This document shows positions 37,960-41,472 of a DNA stretch of 41,472 nucleotides, piece after piece; position 1 is the stretch's first letter, and each line of letters starts with the position of its first letter. Source of the stretch: Deltaproteobacteria bacterium (lineage in GTDB: Bacteria; Desulfobacterota; Desulfobulbia; Desulfobulbales; BM004); the NCBI GenBank assembly GCA_024639555.1, contig JAHEID010000002.1:1-41472 (forward strand), read 5' to 3'. Both the position numbers and the translations under genes were made by a program. The notes under the pieces are model-generated. The model was not told the DNA's origin, searched no databases, and saw only the letters and a list, made by a program, of their open reading frames with translations.

Positions 37960-38076
37960 TCATGCCCTAACTTGTACTGAGAAAATTTGTGGTGTAATTT
38001 ATTGCGCTGCGGTTTATTTACATCAAGCAGACCAAGAACACAAATACCAATCGTTTTCCTTGCCACGGAGTAAGCT

Positions 38077-39999
38077 TTGTCCAAAATTAAAATTCTTTCT
38101 GAACATTTAGCCAATCAGATTGCAGCCGGTGAAGTGATTGAGCGGCCCGCTTCCGTGGTTAAGGAGCTCCTGGAAAACTCCATAGATGCGGGGGCCAGCC
38201 AGGTACAAATAGAAATTGAAGGCAGCGGCACCAAGCTTATTAGAGTCATAGACGACGGCGGTGGCATGGATGCTGACGATGCACTTCTCTGTCTGGAGCG
38301 CCATGCCACCAGCAAATTGGGGGACAGCTCTGACGACAGCAACAGGCTGGCTGCAATCCGCAGCCTCGGATTCAGGGGTGAGGCAATACCGAGCATAGCA
38401 TCCGTTGCAAAAATGTCCATTACCACACGCATTGAGAACGATCAATTGGGCACCCGTATTGAAGTCCGCTACGGCAAATTGTTGAAGGTTTATGAAACAG
38501 GCTGCAACAAAGGCACAGTCATCGAAATTAAAGACCTGTTTGGCAACCTGCCGGCCCGCAAAAAATTCCTGAAAAGTCGCCGCACCGAACTTTTTCACAT
38601 AGAAGAGATTATAAAGAATTACTCCCTGGCTAATTACCAGCTCGGCATTACATATACTCTTAACAGCAATAGAGTTCTTGATTTTGCAGCCGCTACCGAC
38701 TCCCTGGAAGAGAGAATACTAATGCTTTATAGCAAGAACGCTTCAGAGCCCCTTGTCCCTCTCCAGTATCCCGATGCGCCGGCCTCTACCGCTGAAGGAA
38801 TTATTGTCAAAGGTTTCCTGCTCTCCCCGGAACAGACTTTTTCGACCAGTGCCAAGCTCAGGCTGTTTGTCAATGGCAGGGCCGTGAAGGACAGAATGAT
38901 GGCTCATGCCGTGCATGAAGGGCTTTCGGGCTTCCTCATGAAAGGCCGCACAGCCGGCGGCGTTGTTTTTGTCACTGTTCCTTATGAATCGGTTGACGTC
39001 AATGTCCATCCCGCAAAACAGGAAATACGCTTTCAGCAGCCAAACCGTGTCCATAATACAATCGTTTCCGCGGTTCGAGGCGGCATGGAGAATTACCAGC
39101 AGGCAGCCAAGCAAACCCTTTTTGGCAGCAATTTGGCGGTGAACAGAACAGAAGCGGAACAGAGTTTCCCAGATGCAAAAACTGGGACCATGACCAAGAA
39201 ATTCGCCCGGCTCTGGAATCCGCCGTCTGCTGCAAGTCCGGGGAATATTTCTCTAAAGGGCATGGATGGAGGAACTTTTGCGTCTTCTGCCAGAGAAACG
39301 ACCTTCTCTCCAGGAGTAAATGAGAAAGGCGTTGCAACAGCTGAACCTGTGGCCCCCTTTTTACTAGGAACGGAAGACGAGATCCCTGTTCCTGAATCCC
39401 TTAAACCCATCGGGCAATTCATGGACCTTTATCTTCTGTGCGAAGCAAAACGGGAAAATGAAAGTTACCTGGTGGTAATTGACCAGCATGCTGTTCACGA
39501 GAGGATTCTTTTTGAAAATCTCAAGAAACAATTTGCTGCCAGGCAGATGCCAAGACAAAGTCTTTTGTTTCCCAAGATGCTGGAACTGCCGCCTGAATAT
39601 GCAGCCCTACTTGAAGAAAACAGAGACCAGATCCAGCAGCTGGGACTTGTGGTAGAGGAGTTTGGCGGGGACAACTACATAATAAAAGCTGTTCCTGCAG
39701 TCATCAGCCACCTTGAACCCGAGGAGATCCTGACAGGAATTCTCATGGACTTTTCCGGGCCTGAATACGGCCAGGAAAAAGGACGAAAACGCGCTGATGC
39801 CACCAGGCTTGACGATATTCTCGCGTCGATGGCATGCAAGGCTGCCATCAAGGCCGGGCAAAACTTGAACGCCTTGGAAATGCAGGAAATTCTCAAACTC
39901 ATGCAGGAAAGCAGGGCCTTCACCCATTGCCCACATGGCAGACCCGTGTTACGCATGTTCTCTGCCGCAGACATACAAAAATGGTTTCACCGCACCTGA
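38077..39999 (+). CDS. mutL: DNA mismatch repair protein MutL (endonuclease-type)
   Basis: TTG start with GGAG 7 nt upstream. IAAGEVIERPASVVKELLENSIDAG ATPase motif. C-terminal DQHAVHERILFE and CPHGRP endonuclease motifs. Confidence 0.95.
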   Translation: MSKIKILSEHLANQIAAGEVIERPASVVKELLENSIDAGASQVQIEIEGSGTKLIRVIDDGGGMDADDALLCLERHATSKLGDSSDDSNRLAAIRSLGFRGEAIPSIASVAKMSITTRIENDQLGTRIEVRYGKLLKVYETGCNKGTVIEIKDLFGNLPARKKFLKSRRTELFHIEEIIKNYSLANYQLGITYTLNSNRVLDFAAATDSLEERILMLYSKNASEPLVPLQYPDAPASTAEGIIVKGFLLSPEQTFSTSAKLRLFVNGRAVKDRMMAHAVHEGLSGFLMKGRTAGGVVFVTVPYESVDVNVHPAKQEIRFQQPNRVHNTIVSAVRGGMENYQQAAKQTLFGSNLAVNRTEAEQSFPDAKTGTMTKKFARLWNPPSAASPGNISLKGMDGGTFASSARETTFSPGVNEKGVATAEPVAPFLLGTEDEIPVPESLKPIGQFMDLYLLCEAKRENESYLVVIDQHAVHERILFENLKKQFAARQMPRQSLLFPKMLELPPEYAALLEENRDQIQQLGLVVEEFGGDNYIIKAVPAVISHLEPEEILTGILMDFSGPEYGQEKGRKRADATRLDDILASMACKAAIKAGQNLNALEMQEILKLMQESRAFTHCPHGRPVLRMFSAADIQKWFHRT

Positions 40000-40112
40000 C
40001 CTGACCGTGTTAAATCTGTCCGTTTCATAGGGGACAAAGAAAAAAACTCTTATTCTGCAACGAGATCTGTTCGAATGAACAAAGGGAATGAAAATAGTTT
40101 ATACTGAAAAAA

Positions 40113-41472
40113 TTATCTGCCCGGCAACTCAGCAGGGAACTGTTCCAGGTCTTCATGCGGAGAGATAAAACCGTAATGCACCAGGCCGTCAATAATTCCC
40201 GCCGCATACGTTTTACGACTGAAAAATACTCGAAGTTTGCCCCGCAGTATTGCCAACTCCTCACTGTGATTACCGACCACCAGGCCGTTAGTGGCCCCCA
40301 GGATCATGTCCTTGTCATTCCCTGAGTCGCCGGCAACCATTACCTTACTGGATGGAAATTCATACTTGTATTTCAGATAGTTAATGGCCTTACCCTTGGA
40401 CGCGCGCTTTGGAAGTATATCAAGAAATTGGCCATGAGAATATATGACCTGGCATGACAATTTTCCTTTCTCCAGCCTTTTATTAATCTCACCGAGATAA
40501 CCCGGTTTATCCTCCATATAATAGCTTATTTTGTGAGCCCGCTGCCCCTCGGCCTCCTGTGAGATAAGGAAATCAAGCTCCTGCAGGGCAGCCTTGATCT
40601 GCTCCGGCCTCCATTTGTGAGATATATGCTGCTGCCAGCCTTTGTCCATGCGCAGGTCAGGACCGTAATATATCTCCGTCCCCACTGAACAGATCAGGAT
40701 GTCAGGCATCGGGATATCATATTCTGTCATTGCCTCCAGAGTAAGTTCCAGGCTCCTGCCTGTTGCAACCCCCCAGGCGATACTCTCCCGGTATTGTTCA
40801 AGCAGTTCCAGCAGATGGTTCATGCTGTCATTATCACCTACCAGAGTATTGTCAATGTCAGTAATCATCAAGTAGTTTGAGGATGTCAGGCGCTTGCCAA
40901 ATGATGGGCGTTCAGGGAACTTATGGTTCATTTTTTCTTCAGAAATCCCTTTTGCCTCCAGCTCAGGAAAAGTCTCATGAATATACTGCATCAGCTTGTG
41001 GCAGTGTGATGCCCATGAGTAGTGATTACGAACACCGGTTATGCCGTTGTTGGAAAATTCATCCCACTTATAATCATTTATCAAAATGGACTTAACTGCA
41101 TCAGCTATTTCGGCTGTTCTGCGGGCATCAACCAAAATACCGTTGCTGCAGTTTTTTACAATTTCCACAGGTCCCCCGTCATTGGTTGCAACTATCGGTA
41201 AACCGCATGCTGAGGCTTCAATCAAGGTAAGGCCGAAGGGTTCTACCAGTGCCGGGTTTACAAAAACTCCCCTGCTTTCAGCACATAGCCGGTACAACTC
41301 CGGCACCTCGGTTTCAAAATCATGTTTTTTGGGAATAGCAAGTTTGCCGTACAGGTCATATTTGTCCATCTGCAAAAGCATATCGGTCAGGACATCCCGC
41401 TCATTTTCTTCCATTTCAGCTATATTCTGACGGATACCGGCAAAAACAGCAAGATTGGCAATGGCCTGAAGT
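40113..41472 (-). CDS. Sucrose-phosphate synthase-like glycosyltransferase with C-terminal sucrose-phosphatase-like HAD domain; N-terminus outside the window
   Basis: The frame stays open upstream of the tracked Met to the window edge (..LQAIANLAVFAGIRQNIAEMEEN..). GT-B C-lobe EPFGLTLIEASACGLP. HAD motifs ITDIDNTL and GDSGNDKDM. Confidence 0.8.
   Translation of the reverse strand, partial: LQAIANLAVFAGIRQNIAEMEENERDVLTDMLLQMDKYDLYGKLAIPKKHDFETEVPELYRLCAESRGVFVNPALVEPFGLTLIEASACGLPIVATNDGGPVEIVKNCSNGILVDARRTAEIADAVKSILINDYKWDEFSNNGITGVRNHYSWASHCHKLMQYIHETFPELEAKGISEEKMNHKFPERPSFGKRLTSSNYLMITDIDNTLVGDNDSMNHLLELLEQYRESIAWGVATGRSLELTLEAMTEYDIPMPDILICSVGTEIYYGPDLRMDKGWQQHISHKWRPEQIKAALQELDFLISQEAEGQRAHKISYYMEDKPGYLGEINKRLEKGKLSCQVIYSHGQFLDILPKRASKGKAINYLKYKYEFPSSKVMVAGDSGNDKDMILGATNGLVVGNHSEELAILRGKLRVFFSRKTYAAGIIDGLVHYGFISPHEDLEQFPAELPGR

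Noticed and set aside
1-41472. Search for tRNA (including tRNA-Sec), rRNA, CRISPR arrays, IS elements, integrases and reverse transcriptases.
   Set aside because: No T-loop-like GGTTCRANNCC contexts appear in the intergenic spacers. No regularly spaced repeats of three or more units occur; the only tandem repeats are 7-8-nt duplications, one pair of 29-mers, and the three coding 21-nt units in the PBP1A 5' end. No ORF carries DDE, tyrosine-recombinase or RT motifs. This was a by-eye scan, so dedicated tools should confirm it.

Overview
This 41.5-kb, densely coding window is mostly core housekeeping genes from a lipid-A-producing (Gram-negative) bacterium. The gene content looks anaerobic (selB, ferredoxin, nitroreductase, Mrp/ApbC). 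A Desulfobacterota-like origin is only an inference. All protein calls rest on motifs I recognise in the supplied translations; no database or HMM search was possible. Gene order: recD 3' end; nitroreductase; cdaA-cdaR-glmM (c-di-AMP cyclase operon); class I/II aminotransferase; DjlA-like co-chaperone; ftsY; IspH fused to a UbiA-like polytopic membrane domain; a small Cys protein plus a stand-alone DUF2156 protein; hsp20-lon; mrp/apbC, MBL hydrolase, selB, hflX; a small A/T-rich accessory islet; pyrE, a 56-aa dual-CXXC ORF missing from the ORF track, ferredoxin and dgkA on the minus strand. A long plus-strand envelope cluster follows: glmS, WbpA-like UDP-sugar dehydrogenase, DUF1343/NamZ-like, lpxD-fabZ-lpxA-lpxI, MurU-like, AmgK-like, der. 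The window ends with PBP1A, mutL and the 3' two-thirds of a sucrose-phosphate synthase/phosphatase-like gene. The islet holds a truncated beta-barrel gene remnant and an AbiEii/AbiEi-type pair in toxin-first order. I recognised no rRNA, tRNA, CRISPR array, transposase, integrase or reverse transcriptase. I did not find a clear-cut novel multi-gene system. The best leads are the IspH-UbiA-like fusion, the inverted-order AbiE-like module in its islet, the untracked dual-CXXC mini-ORF, MurNAc-salvage-like genes interleaved with lipid A genes, and several structured palindromic or repeat elements in unusually long intergenic spacers.
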